A DNA stretch of 64,000 bases, taken from assembly GCA_963845755.1 (NCBI GenBank), contig CAWJTV010000009.1, positions 312,409 to 376,408 of the forward strand. The letters are read 5' to 3'. The notes beneath the pieces are model-generated. The model saw nothing but the letters and a program-made list of their open reading frames with translations, was not told the DNA's origin and did not search any database. How positions within the stretch are numbered: the first letter of the stretch is position 1; each line of letters begins with the position of its first letter. Shown in pieces: positions 1 through 11,049 of this stretch. The stretch comes from an uncultured Planctomycetota bacterium. GTDB lineage: Bacteria; Planctomycetota; Planctomycetia; Isosphaerales; Isosphaeraceae. Both the position numbers and the translations under genes were made by a program.

Positions 1-579
1 TCGTCCAAATCGTCGTTCGACCAGGCGAATTCCGGGGTGACCCAGATGGGCGCGAAGATCATCCTACTCGACCGCGCGCTCGTGCGTTACGGGCCGGAGA
101 CCAGGGCGATCCGAGAGCGGATGCGTGAGGAGATCGCGACCAGCATTGAGCGCCTGTGGCCAACCGGACGGGGTCTGAAGCCGAGCCTCGCTGCGGTCGA
201 GCACGGGGCAGGCATGGATGACGTCCTGGACATGATCGAGCAGCTCGTGCCCCCGGACGAGGCGCGTTGCGCCATTCGGTCGCACTCCCTCCAGACCTGC
301 AGCGAGCTGGTGCATTCGCGCTGGCTGATGATCGAGCAGTCTCAGACCACACTGCCAACGGTCTTCCTCGGGATGTTGATCTTCTGGCTCACGGTGCTGT
401 TCGCCAGCCTCGGCTTACTCGCCCCGCGCAACCGGACGACGTGGAGCTGCTTGTTTGTATGTGCGGTGTCGATGGCTGGCGCAATCTACCTGATCCTGGA
501 GATGAACCGCCCAATCGAAGGTGCGGTCCAAATCTCACCCGCGCCGCTCCAGAAAGCCCTCTCGGTGATCGGCAAGTAG
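1..579 (+). CDS. DUF4239/bestrophin-like membrane protein, 5'-truncated by the window edge
   Basis: ORF 37..579 is open from the window start. It has ILLDRALxxYGPE, 'RWLMIEQ..TTLP..FLGMLIFWL' and two C-terminal hydrophobic helices ending 'AIYLILEMNRPIEG', typical of DUF4239 proteins. Confidence 0.7.
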   Translation, partial: SSKSSFDQANSGVTQMGAKIILLDRALVRYGPETRAIRERMREEIATSIERLWPTGRGLKPSLAAVEHGAGMDDVLDMIEQLVPPDEARCAIRSHSLQTCSELVHSRWLMIEQSQTTLPTVFLGMLIFWLTVLFASLGLLAPRNRTTWSCLFVCAVSMAGAIYLILEMNRPIEGAVQISPAPLQKALSVIGK

Positions 580-813
580 CCGAAACGTCTTCAGGCGATT
601 GCTGACCGCCGAGTTGGCGAGTCTGGGGGCCTCTCGACATCGCGCGCCATTCGGATGGACAACGGATGCAAGACGCCGGCCGGCAGCTTGCCGATTTCCG
701 GAACGTGCCGTTCTTCGATCAGTAAGCGCCGAGTTCAGGCGAATGAGTCGCGTCGGAACAGGGTAAGGGCTCGGAGAAGCCATTGCTGGGGTGCGGGGGG
801 GGACAGCCGGAGT

Positions 814-3800
814 TCATTTCTGTGGCGCCTCGCGTCCCCGGATTTCCGGACCAATTCGGGGACTCGTGGGCGGAATCAGTACTTCCGCCTCGCGGCGCAG
901 GACGAGCGATTCCAGCCAGTTGTGGTAGTGCAACCCTAACTCCATTTCGACCCGGGCCGGCATCCCGTCACGGTACTGGTCGAGCCACGACTGGGCCTTG
1001 TCCAGCCATCGCAGTGCCTCCTCGGCCTTCCCGAGGCGCTGATTGGCCAGGACCAGCCACAGCCAGTTGAGCACCGCACGGCCCGACTTGGGGTCGGCCC
1101 GCAGGCTCTGCTCGAACAAGGGCACCGCCTGCGGGAACTGGCCGGCCCGGTACGCCAGGGCCCCTTGTTCGGTCAGGGACCAGAACTCTCGGGCGTTGGC
1201 CTCGAGTTCCGCCTTGGCCAGGCGGCCGGGCAGCGTCGCGTCCTCGACGGCGTCGGGGGCCAGGGTGCAGGCGCGGGCCACGTGGTAGGCCCGCGGGCCC
1301 CCGGCCTTGCCACACGCCTCGATCATGTGGGCGCAGGCCCGGGCGTAGCCCGGGCGATCGCAGGTGAGCAACAACAGGGCGGCGTACTCGAACCAGACGT
1401 GACAGTCGTTTCTCGGGCCGCGCTCGATGGCCCGCGCGAAGCCGTCGGCGGCCTGGGCCCAGTCCCGGTGGGCGGCGGACGCGCGGCCTTGCCCCAGGGG
1501 GTCGGTGGCCAGAGATGCCTCCAGATCCGCCCAGAGGCGCCGCCACTGCTGGCGCTCGGCGTCGGGCAAATTCGCCAGCACCGCCTGGTCCCGGACGCTG
1601 GCCAGGTCGGCCTCCGTCCGCCAGGTCGTGAACCTCCAGCCGGCGACCTGCCGTCTCGCAGCAGTTTAGCCCCCAGGTCCAGGTCGGCCCGCAGCCAATC
1701 CAGCGCCGGCCGGCGCAGGCCGGCGCGCTCCGGCTCGCCGAGCCGCGACTCGTCGGAGCCCAGGTTGGTGGCCCGGGCGGCGGCATAGCGGTGGCCGCTG
1801 CCCAGGTCGTCGGCCAGGTCCGGTCGGGCGGCGAAGGCCGCGGCGTACAGGCCGGCTGCGGCGTGCGGCCGGCCGTATTCCAGGCACAAGCGGGCCAACT
1901 CCAGTAGTTCGGGCGCGGCGGGCCGCTCCTTCCCCTGGAGGAGCGCCTGCAGGCGGGTGTCGAGGGCGAGCATTCGCTCGCACAGATTCAACTTCTCCCA
2001 CAAGGCCGGTCGGCCAGACTCCTCGGTCAGGACCGCGTCGCGGCCGCGACGGACGACCGTGCGGGCCTCGGCGAAGCGGCCGCTCTGGAGCAGCGCCTCG
2101 GCCAGGCTCTCGTGCCTCAGGCCCGCCTTGGATTCGAGCTGGATGGCGCGGCGGAATTCGGCCATCGCCTCGTCGAGCCGGCCCTGGTCCTGCAAGAACA
2201 GGCCGAGGAAATAGTGGTACTGGCCCCTGCATTGGCTCGAGTTCGACGGCCTTGCGGCAGGGCCGGAACGCCTCGTCCCCTTGTCCCAGGCGCCCCAGGG
2301 CGGCGCCGACTTCGAGGTGGACCGCAGCCACCGTTGGCCGCGTCTTCAGGGCGGCCCGGTAGAAGCCCACTGCCTCCGCCGGCTTCCGCTCCCGCAGGGC
2401 CTCGCCCAGGGCGTAGTTGAGCCAGAAGTCCTCCGGGTGCCGCCCCTGGGCCGCCCGCAGCAAAGGCTCGGCCTGCCTGTCCTGCTGCCCGAGTCTCTTC
2501 GCCAGCAGCGTCACAAGCGGGGTCGGCGGCCCGCTCTCGGCTGCCGCTCCGGCCAGCCGCTGCTCCGCCTCTCCTGCCAGGCGCCGGAGCGCCTCGTCGT
2601 CCTCCCACAGCGCCGGATCGCGGAAGCGGTCGCCCCATTGGGGGTCCGCGTCGGCGCGCCGAGCCAGGCGCAGCAGCCGTGCCATCCACGGCCGGTCCTC
2701 GAGCGCGTCGGCCACAGAAGCCCAATGGTCCAGGGCCATCACCAGTTGCGGCCGCAGCTCGGAGGCACCGATCCGGCCGGCCACGGCCCCCTCTTCCCCC
2801 CGGACGTCCAGGCCCGCGTCCTCGAAGGCGCAGCGCGTAGGCGTCGGCCATGCCCCGGTAGTCGAAGCGGCTGGCCTCGATCGACGGGGTCAGCCGGATC
2901 CGCTCCAGCGCCGCCGCCAGCCGCAGGTCCTCGTCCGCCTGGACCAGCCGCCGCCGCAGGTCGTCCGAGCCGGCCTCGTCCAGACGGCTCCTGGCCTGCG
3001 CGAGGATGGCCTGCGCCTCCGGTCAGCGGCCCTGCTGCCGAAGGCCCGGGACCTTGGCCAACGCCGTCTCGACTGCCTCCCGCGCCCGCCCTGCCGCTCG
3101 GCCTGCTGTCGCTCCAACCACAGCCTGCCGCCGACCGTGAGGATGAAAAAGGCCAGAAGCGCCGCCTGCAACCCCGCCGTCGTCGGCTTGCGTCGGCCCC
3201 AGCGCCACAACCGCCCTCCCCAGCCCAGAGGCCGGGCCTGGATCGGCCGCCCCTCTATGAAGCGCGTCAGGTCGTCGGCCAGCGCCGCGGCGCTGGCGTA
3301 GCGACGCTGCGGCTCCTTGGACAGGCACTTCAAACAGATCGTCTCCAGGTTGCGCGGCACTTTCGGGTTCAATCGCGCGGGGGATACCGGCTCGTGATTG
3401 AGGACCTGCCGCTCGGTTTCGGACGCCGTCTCGCCTCGGAACGACGGCCTTCCGGTGAGCAGTTCATAGAGGAGGGCGCCGAGCGCGTAGAAGTCCGCGG
3501 CCGGCCCGATCGTACCCGCCTTCCCGATCACCTGCTCTGGGGCCATGTAGCTGGGAGTCCCGATCCGAGTACCACTCAGGGTAAAGGCCGGCTCGCCGTC
3601 AAAGTGCCGCGCCAGGCCGAAATCGGCGACCTTGGATGTGCCCTCGGCCGTCAGCAGGATGTTGGCCGGCTTCAGGTCGCGGTGCACAATCCCGCCCCGG
3701 AGCGCCACCTGCACGGCCTCGGCCAGCCTGGCCACGAGCGCGGCCGCCTGGCGGCCGGCTGCGGCGTGCCGGCCAGGGCCTGGGACAGGCTGCTCCCCTC

Positions 3801-4286
3801 GAGCAGCTCCATGGTGAAGTACGGACACCCCTGGTGGTCGCCCACGTCGTGGACCTGCACGATGTTCGCGTGGTGCTGGCTGGCCGCCGCCTCCGCTTCG
3901 CGCTGGAACCGCGCCCTCTCCTGCGGCCCGGCGTAGGCGCCGGTGATCAGCATCTTGAGGGCGACGAGGCGGTTGAGCCGGAGGTGCCGGGCCTTGTAGA
4001 CCAGGCCCATGCCCCCGCGCCCGAGGAGGGCCTCCACCTCATAGCGCGGTATCTGCGGCAGTTCATCGCCCGTATGCCGCGGAACGGAGGTATCGGCGCC
4101 CGGGCCGGGGTCGGACCCCGGCGTCGGAAACAACGCATCGAGGTCCGCCTTGACGGCGCACATCTGTAGCCAGCGCCGGCGGACCTCGGGCAGCAGCTCG
4201 GGGCAAGCGGCGCAGACCTGCTCCGGAGTACACCCGGAGTCGCCGAGCACGTCGAGTAGCTCCAGCACTCGCGAATCGACAGCCAT
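814..4286 (-). pseudogene. Ser/Thr protein kinase with TPR and C-terminal helical modules, multiply frameshifted
   Basis: Consecutive ORF pieces (3672..4286, 2890..3828, 1666..2784, 1323..2195, 814..1581) give [34 protein letters not shown], then TPRs. Colinear with the paralog at 49042..52984. Frameshifts may be assembly errors. Confidence 0.85.
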
Positions 4287-4356
4287 GACTGAGTTCCTCG
4301 ATGCGGCTGTGCCAGGACTCCGACACCCAGAGAACGCACTCCCTGCCGGTCTCCAC

Positions 4357-4773
4357 CTAGATCGCGTCCGGCGGCTTCTCGCTCGGGCGGAGGTCGGCCA
4401 GTTGCTCCGCCAGGGGTCGCAGGCCGCGGCTCAACCGCCGCCTCACCGTCACCGCCGAAACGCCGAGCATCTGGGCGACCTCCGCCTGCGTCATCCCCGG
4501 ATCCGCCCCAGGTCGAAGACCTCCCGCTCCTCCTCCGGCAGCTCTTCGATCGCCCAGAGCATGCGGCGCCAGTCTGGGGTCAGGCCCGAGGCGCTGCTGG
4601 CCAGCGCCGGCATGAGCCCCTCCCACAGCACCGCGGCGGCCGGCTGCTCATCTAAGCGTCGGGCCAGGTCGTTCCGCTCCCAGGCGCATATGCTGGTTGG
4701 CCAGCGCGAAGAACTGCCGCACTGTCCGGGGGCGGACTTCGCGCAGCGCCTTGAGGAGCCGTTCCGCCACGGC
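4357..4773 (-). pseudogene. ECF sigma-70 factor, 5'-truncated and frameshifted
   Basis: 'AVAERLLKALREVRPRTVRQFFALANQHMR' and region-4 HTH 'MTQAEVAQMLGVSAVTVRRRL'. Similarity to the 53058..53675 copy stops at ~4773. Confidence 0.85.
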
Positions 4774-5317
4774 GGTTACCGGCAGAGGGAGCAAAAGACG
4801 ACCGAGTACGCCCTCGAATAGTCTATCACCGGGCGGCATTCGATGTGGATGTCTCGGCCACCGCCCGGGTCGCCGCCTCCATCGAATCGGTGTCGCCGTC
4901 CACGATGCGTTCGATGAGCGCGATGAGCGGTCTGATGAAGGGACGTCGTTCGGCCGGGTGCATCGGCAGTAGGGTTGCGGCGACGCCCCGCACCAGGCGG
5001 CCGGATCTTCGGATTGACTCGTCCACGGTCGTCCTCGATGGCGAGGCGAGGGGGCTCGGGCGAGACACCGCCAGGCCTATAGTACGACCCTCACCGAGGC
5101 AACCAGGATAGGCTGGGACGGAGTCACACAGCAAGGCCATGAGGTGGATCGCGCGAAGAAACGATGAAAAAATCCAGCGGGCCGGCCGGCGACACACCAG
5201 GTCGTGCTCCGGGCCGTCGTCAATCACCAGGTGTGCTAGTGCTCTGTCACAGCTAAAAGTTAGGGTTGGGGGCTTTCCCCAAAAAGAAGATGATGTCGGG
5301 GACAAAGGAGGTTCCCC

Positions 5318-5753
5318 GTGAACAAAAAGTATATCGTTCGGCTGACGGATCAGGAACGGACCGAGTTGGCGGCCGTGATCAAGAAGTTGAAGGGGACAAG
5401 CGAGAAGGTACGGCGTGCCCAGATCTTGCTCAAGGCGGACGCGGACGGCCCAAACTGGACCGACCAGCGGATCGCCGAGGCATTCGGATGCCGAACCAAG
5501 AGCGTGGAGAACATCCGTCAGCGTCTCGTGGAGCGAGGCTTTGGCGAAGCGCTGGACCGCAGTAAGCGTGAGACACCACCGGTCGAGAAGTTGCTCAGCG
5601 GGGAGCAGGAAGCTCGGATCATTGCCACGCGACTGGGATCGCCTCCCCCGGGCTATGCCAACTGGACATTGCGCCTGCTCGCGCGCAAGGTCGTGGAGTT
5701 GGGGATCGTCGAGTCCGTGAGTTACGAAACCGTGCGGCGTACGCTAAAAAAAA
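5318..5753 (+). CDS. IS630 transposase orfA (HTH), ending at the A-tract frameshift site
   Basis: 'MNKKYIVRLTDQER...RRAQILLKAD...WTLRLLA...SYETVRRTLKK', typical IS630 N-terminus. Confidence 0.88.
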
Positions 5754-7455
5754 CTAGGCTGGCAAAAGTGGCTGGAAAGCCCTCCGGGAGCGTAGAAAGA
5801 GGAGATCGAACCCCGGGAGGAATCCACCCATGCGCAAACGACGACAACGACCACGCCCGCAACCGGACCGGGCCCTGACCCTGACGCCGGTCCTCTTGAC
5901 TGCCCCGAATGCCAGCACCGGACCTATGCCGACTACAATAACTATCGCACCATCAGTACTCTCGACGGCGTCTTCCGACTGACCCTGACCATCCGACGCT
6001 GCCCCAATCCCACCTGCTCCCGCTTCCTCCGCCCCTACCGGCCCGAGGCCGAGCCCCACTTCGCCTTGCCCTATCATGAGTTCGGCCTCGACGTCATGGC
6101 GCTGGTCGGCCGGCTCCGCTATGCCGAGCACCGCAGCATCCCCGAGATCCACCGCGAGCTCACGCACCGCGGGCTCATCCTGGCCGAACGCACCGTCACC
6201 AACCTGTTGGACCGCTACGACGAGCTGCGGTCCCTGGCCACGGCCGATCCCCAGCGACTCGGTCCGCTGTTGCGCCCGCAGGGCCGCGTCATCCTGGCCA
6301 TCGACGGCCTGCAGCCGGATGTCGGCCACGAGGTCCTCTGGGTGCTGCGCGACTGCCTCTCCGGCGAGATCCTCCTGGCCAAGAGCCTGCTGTCGTCCAC
6401 GGCCCAGGACCTGGCCGGCCTGATCGACCAGGTGCGGAAGGTCCTGCCGGTGCCGATCACCGGCGTGGTCTCCGACGGTCAGGAGAGCATCCGCAACGCC
6501 GTGGCTATCGCCCTCAAAGGTGTCCCCCATCAGCTCTGCCATTTCCACTACCTCCGCGAGGCGGCCAAGCCGATCTACGAGGCGGATCGCCACGCCAAGA
6601 AGGAGTTGAAGAAGCGGGTGCGGGGCATCCGGAAGATCGAGCGTGCGGCGGAGAAGGAGCTGGAGGACGACGCGGAGGACGCGGAGGCGGAGGTGGTGCG
6701 GGACTACTGCGCCGCGGTGCGCGGGGCCTTGACCGACGACGGACTGCCACCGCTTTCGGCCTCCGGGCTGAAGCGGCAGGATCGATTGAGCCGGATTGCC
6801 GCCAACTTGGACGATGTCGTCGCCAAGGCGGGCGACCTGCCCGGGGGTTTGAAACGGCTGAGGCAATTGCTGCGGCGCGGGCTGGAGGAGACGGCCGCGC
6901 TGTTCCCGGCGGTGCGCGAGTCGTACCAATGGGTCAAGCGCGCCGCCCGGATCCTCAAGAACGAGGAGGGGCTGCCGGCGAAGAAGGTGCGACGGCGGAT
7001 GGTGCAACTGCTGGCGCGAATGCGCCGGGCGGTGGCGACGACGGACGAGCCCGCGGTGCGGGCGGGTTTGAAGCAGTTCGTGAAGGTGACCCGGAGCTAC
7101 TGGCCGGGCTTGTTTGCCTGCTACGAGTCGTCGGATCTGCCGCGGACGAATAACGACCTGGAGCACACCTTCGGCAGTCATCGCTACCACGAGCGCCGGG
7201 CCAGCGGTCGGCGTCGGGGGTCGCCGGGCCTGGTGGTGATGGGCTCGGCGCGGGTGATCTCGGGGCTGGCGACGCGGCTGCGGCCGGACGAAGGCTTGGT
7301 GTTGAGCCCGGGCTATGTTGAGGATTGGAAGGGACTGCGCGGAACTGGAGGTGCGGCGGGAATCGCGGCGGAAGCAACGCCGGTTCCGCCACAATCCCGA
7401 TGCCTACCTCAAGGACTTGGAGCACCGCTGCCTCCAGCTAACTTTGCCAGCCTAG
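5754..7455 (+). mobile_element. Nested IS (ISNCY/MULE-like DDE transposase), 1702 bp
   Basis: Imperfect 23-bp IRs CTAGGCTGGCAAAAGTGGCTGGA and TCCAGCTAACTTTGCCAGCCTAG, flanked by A8 (5746-5753) and A7 (7456-7462) as target duplication. Confidence 0.88.
5830..7455 (+). CDS. Transposase of the nested IS (N-terminal Cys motifs, DDE domain), frameshifts near 5895 and 7340
   Basis: CPEC...RRCPNPTC N-terminus, 'LAIDGLQP', 'VVSDGQ', 'QLCHFH', 'TNNDLE'. The stop codon TAG lies in the right IR. Confidence 0.8.
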
Positions 7456-8160
7456 AAAAAAACGGCATGACCAACCGTAAGCTTGAGTACTGGGTCATCC
7501 CGCCCAAGGCCGACGGCGAGTTCGTAGCCAACATGGAGGAAGTGCTGGAGACCTACGCGATACCTTATAATCCCGCCCGTCCGGTGCTGGGCATGGACGA
7601 GCAACCGGTGCAGTTGCTGAAGGAGACCCGCGTGCCCATCCCCGCCACCCGCCGACACGGCCGGCGCGTGGACTATGAGTACGAGCGCGCGGGACAGCGA
7701 ACATCTTCATGTTCACCGAACCACTGGCGGGTTGGCGCGAGGTGGCCGTTCGCGAGACGAAAACCAAGGTGGACTGGGCGATCGAGATGGCTCGACTGAT
7801 GGAAGGCCGTTACGCCGACGCCGAGCACGTGATCGTCGTGTGCGACAACTTGAACACGCACACCAAAGGCGCATTCTACGAGAGTTTTGCACCCGCCCGG
7901 CGCGCCAGTTGGTCTGCCGCATCGAGTTCTGTTACACGCCCAAGCACGGTAGCTGGCTGAACATCGCCGAGAATGAGCTGAGCTCCCTGACACGCCAGTG
8001 CGTGTCCGGTCGCCGCTTCGGCGATGTTCCCACCCTGCGAGCGGAGACCGGCGCTTGGTCATCCGATGTCAACAGCACCCAGCGCGGCGTGGATTGGCAA
8101 ATGAAGATCGACGATGCTCGCGGTAAACTCACGTCGGTCTACCCTAAGATTAAGCTGTGA
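7456..8160 (+). pseudogene. IS630 transposase orfB (DDE), frameshifted
   Basis: 'EYWVIPP..DGEFVANMEEVL', 'MDE', 'DYEYER', 'VCDNLNTH', 'YTPKHGSWLNIAENE'. Confidence 0.88.
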
Positions 8161-8169
8161 CAAAGCACT

Positions 8170-8523
8170 AGGTCGGTCCGCATCCCGTGCAAGGCCTCAG
8201 CCCGGGCGATTCATTTCCTGGGCGGCGTCAGCGGCTGGGGATATCCGACCAGCTCACCTGGGACCGTCTCGATCAACGTCCGGCTTCACTATGTAGGAGG
8301 CAAGACGGAGGACCATCCGCTCATCAATGGCCAGCACTTCGCGGATTACATCGGTCGAGTGGACGTGCCGGGCTCGCTCTTCGCATTCCGGCTGCGGAAT
8401 CAACAGCTCCGCTACCTCGCGATCTTCCCTCATCAGGACGGCAGGATCGAAGAGATCGAATTGATCAAAGGCCCGGACGACACCGCGCCGATCGTGATGG
8501 CCATCACTGTCGAGGGGCGTTGA
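8170..8523 (+). pseudogene. C-terminal remnant of a planctomycete PVC-type heme-binding/dehydrogenase-like protein, cut by IS630
   Basis: A frame without a start codon reads RSVRIPCKASARAIHFLGGVSGWGYP...VRLHYVGGKTEDHPLINGQHFADYIGRVDVPGS...IELIKGPDDTAPIVMAITVEGR*. Family recognised from memory, not by search. Confidence 0.55.
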
Positions 8524-8544
8524 CTTCCCGGTCCGGTCCGGGCG

Positions 8545-8857
8545 GACGTGGCGACAGGGCGGTGGAGGCGACGATACCACGCCCGGTACACGACGCCCAT
8601 CCCGCCAAGGCCCAGCACTGACTGCAACTCGTAATCCGGAAGCCGGGAGGGCTCGGGGTCCGGCGGCGCGGGGGGCCTCGGGTTCGATCCAGGGTGGGAA
8701 ACATCGCATCGACCTGGGCCTCGATCGCCCGCAGCCGCCTCAGGCGCCGGCGGACCCGGGGCAGCAGCTCGGGGCAGGCCCAGCACACCTGCTCCGGAGT
8801 GCAGGCCGTATCGAGGATCTCCTCGAGCAACCGGTCCTCGCACGGATCGCCGCTCAT
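8545..8857 (-). pseudogene. Ser/Thr kinase N-terminal remnant
   Basis: MSGDPCEDRLLEEILDTACTPEQVCWACPELLPRV, then after a frameshift 'YELQSVLGLGGMGVVYRAW..RLHRPVA'; truncated. Confidence 0.8.
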
Positions 8858-8949
8858 CGCGAGAGCCGCCGACTGCGGTCGTGTCTTCGATGCCGACACG
8901 GTTCGTCGCTCCTGGCGGGCGGCAAAGTCGGCGGCGCCGTGACCGGGGA

Positions 8950-9531
8950 TACTCGAGCGGCCTTTAACCCGGCAGGCACGCTGCTGGCCTCGAGGAGCCG
9001 CGATGGCACGGTGCGGCTCTGGGACGTGGCGACCCGGACCGCACCGAGGTCCTTCCCGGCGACGCGGAGGGCTATCGGATCGCCTACAGCCCGGACGGCC
9101 GCCTTATCGCCGCCGCTGCGATCGGTGGGGGCGACGTGCGGCTCTGGGACGCCGGCACCGGCCGGGAGCTCGCGGTCTTGCCGCATGGGAACCGGGTGTA
9201 CGGCCTGGCGTTCAGTCCGGACGCTACCCACCTCGCGGTCCGCTGCGGTGACAACACGATCCGGCTGTGGGACGTCGCCACCTGGCAGGAGGTCTGCCCG
9301 TTGCGGGGGCACGAGTCCTATGTCCATGCCGTCGCCTTCAGCCCGGAGGGCACCCGGCTAGCCTCGGCTTCCGGCGACGCGACGGTTCGCATCTGGGACA
9401 CGGTCCCGCGGTCGGTGCGGGCACAGCCGCCGGATGGCTCCCTGACCTCACTCGGACGGGTCTCGGGCCAGGGCCGGGGCCCGATCCCGAGTGACGGGAG
9501 ACCGACTCGCCCCGTCGGTCCGCCGCGGTGA
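8950..9531 (+). pseudogene. WD40-repeat C-terminal remnant, probably of a kinase-WD40 protein
   Basis: Repeats 'AFNPAGTLLASRSRDGTVRLWD', 'LAFSPD...DNTIRLWD', 'GHESYVHAVAFSPEGTRLASASGDATVRIWD'. Confidence 0.82.
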
Positions 9532-10200
9532 AGCTCGGCACCGGGCGGGTCGCGCCGGTCCGCGATGAGGGAATGGGTCATGATCGTGGGCGCGAGTCCG
9601 AGCTTTTCCCGCCTGACGGTGTCCAGGGGCCACGCTCAGTTAATCAGCAGGGGAGGAGAGCGATCGAGAGGATCGCTCCGGCCTCCGGGCGTCGGGCCGG
9701 TTCGAACCGCCGGGCGTGGTCACCACCTCGGCCGGTCGATTCCCGGCCGGTCCGGGACCAAATTCAGCACACCTTCGCCTGACTGCCCCCCGGGAGTGAC
9801 TCGGGGCACCTGCGGTTCCCACGATGGGACGCCCGGTCCCGGGTCGTCCTCCCGTCACTGTCACGTTCGGCGAATCGCGACGTGAGTGCCGCGCCCGCGC
9901 CCGCACGCCGCATCGCACCGGTCCGCTCGCGCACCGGGCCGGCCACGTTCATCTTCGGACTTTGGCTCTCACCGGCAAAGATCAGGGACTCTCAACAGAG
10001 GGAGGTCGGCCGTGGATGGGACGCGAGCGCGGCGGACACGCGACAAGGCCCGCCAGGCGTGGTACGCACGACACCGGCAGCGGCGGTTCGCCCGGTTCCT
10101 GGGATTTGGTGAGACAGCCCGGGACGCGGCCTCGACCCCGAAGGCCGGCACCGGGCGCGCTTCAGCCGCATGAGCACTGTTGCAAAGATCACGGCCCGCC
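9390..10200 (+). repeat. Copy 1 of a ~0.8-kb inverted segmental duplication (partner ~40745..41525)
   Basis: Shared blocks such as CACGCTCAGTTAATCAGCAGGGG, AAAGATCAGGGACTCTCAACAGA and CATGAGCAC..TTGCAAAGAT occur in opposite orientation in the two copies. Confidence 0.8.
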
Positions 10201-10394
10201 CCGGCGCCATGCCGGCGCGGGCCGCCCACGACGTCGTCGCCAAGCAGGACCCGTTGTTCTTCCGACCTCGGGTGTTCAGTAGACGGGGTCAACCGGCCGG
10301 GACGATGGCGGTTTCCACGCCAGCCGATCGCCCGGATGAAGCCAGCCATGATACCAGCTCATGCTATCCAGCGGCCACGCTTCGTTATTCAACG

Positions 10395-11037
10395 CAGCGA
10401 TTCCGCAACTCGGCGGGTTTTGAGCAACCGAGGTGGAGCCCCGTGCTCACTTTCGTAGGTTTTCCGGCTTTCCGGCCTGGAAGGGGGGCGAGTGCGGCAC
10501 TTTCTCGAAGTGTTGGGACGACTTCTTGGGGGCGGAGACGGAGTCTCCCCGGGACCGCCTTCCCGGTGATTGGGGAGGGGCCTTGTCGCGGGCAATGGGA
10601 GAGAGCCTCCCGGTTTCTCAGGGGGCCCGGGCCAACCGACCCGACCAGGGCGCTCGGCAGCCGATCAAGCCCCGATCCAATGCCCGGGCCAACGCGATCA
10701 GCGTCAGGGTCGCGCAGGCGCCGGCTTGAGGTTCCTCAGCCAGAAGCTTTGCACCAGGGCATACACCACGAACGACGTCAGCAGGAAATTGATGATCGCC
10801 GCCGCCGCGTGCTTGAAACAGTGGTTCAAGCCCCAATGCGTCGCCAGCGTGTTGAAGCAATCGTTCTCGATGTCCCAGCGGGCATGGCCGCATCGCCACA
10901 GCCCACGCGTCGAGAGTTGGGACTTCGTCAGCGTCGTGGCCCACGACCAGATGGTCGTCTCGTCCGTCTCCTGCCACTGGCCGGCGATCCGCTCCCGCTT
11001 CCGCACGGTCTCTTCCGTGCGCAAGAACCGCAGCGGT
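10395..11037 (-). mobile_element. 3' remnant of an IS (IS4/ISNCY-like DDE transposase C-terminus)
   Basis: Minus strand 'LWRCGHARWDIENDCFNTLATHWGLNHCFKH' (RW-IE motif). Putative terminal IR CAGCGATTCCGCA at 10395 is tentative. Confidence 0.65.
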
Positions 11038-11049
11038 TGGCCGCGGTCT

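Larger units (their letters stand above)
5239..8168 (+). mobile_element. IS630-family insertion sequence, interrupted by a nested IS
   Basis: Terminal IRs GTGCTCTGTCACAGCT (5239) and the reverse complement of AGCTGTGACAAAGCAC (ends 8168), each flanked by TA. Encodes an HTH orfA and a DDE orfB. Confidence 0.92.

Noticed and set aside
6066..7799. 577-aa chimeric transposase
   Set aside because: It arises from a frameshift near 7340 that lets the inner transposase read through its IR into IS630 orfB.
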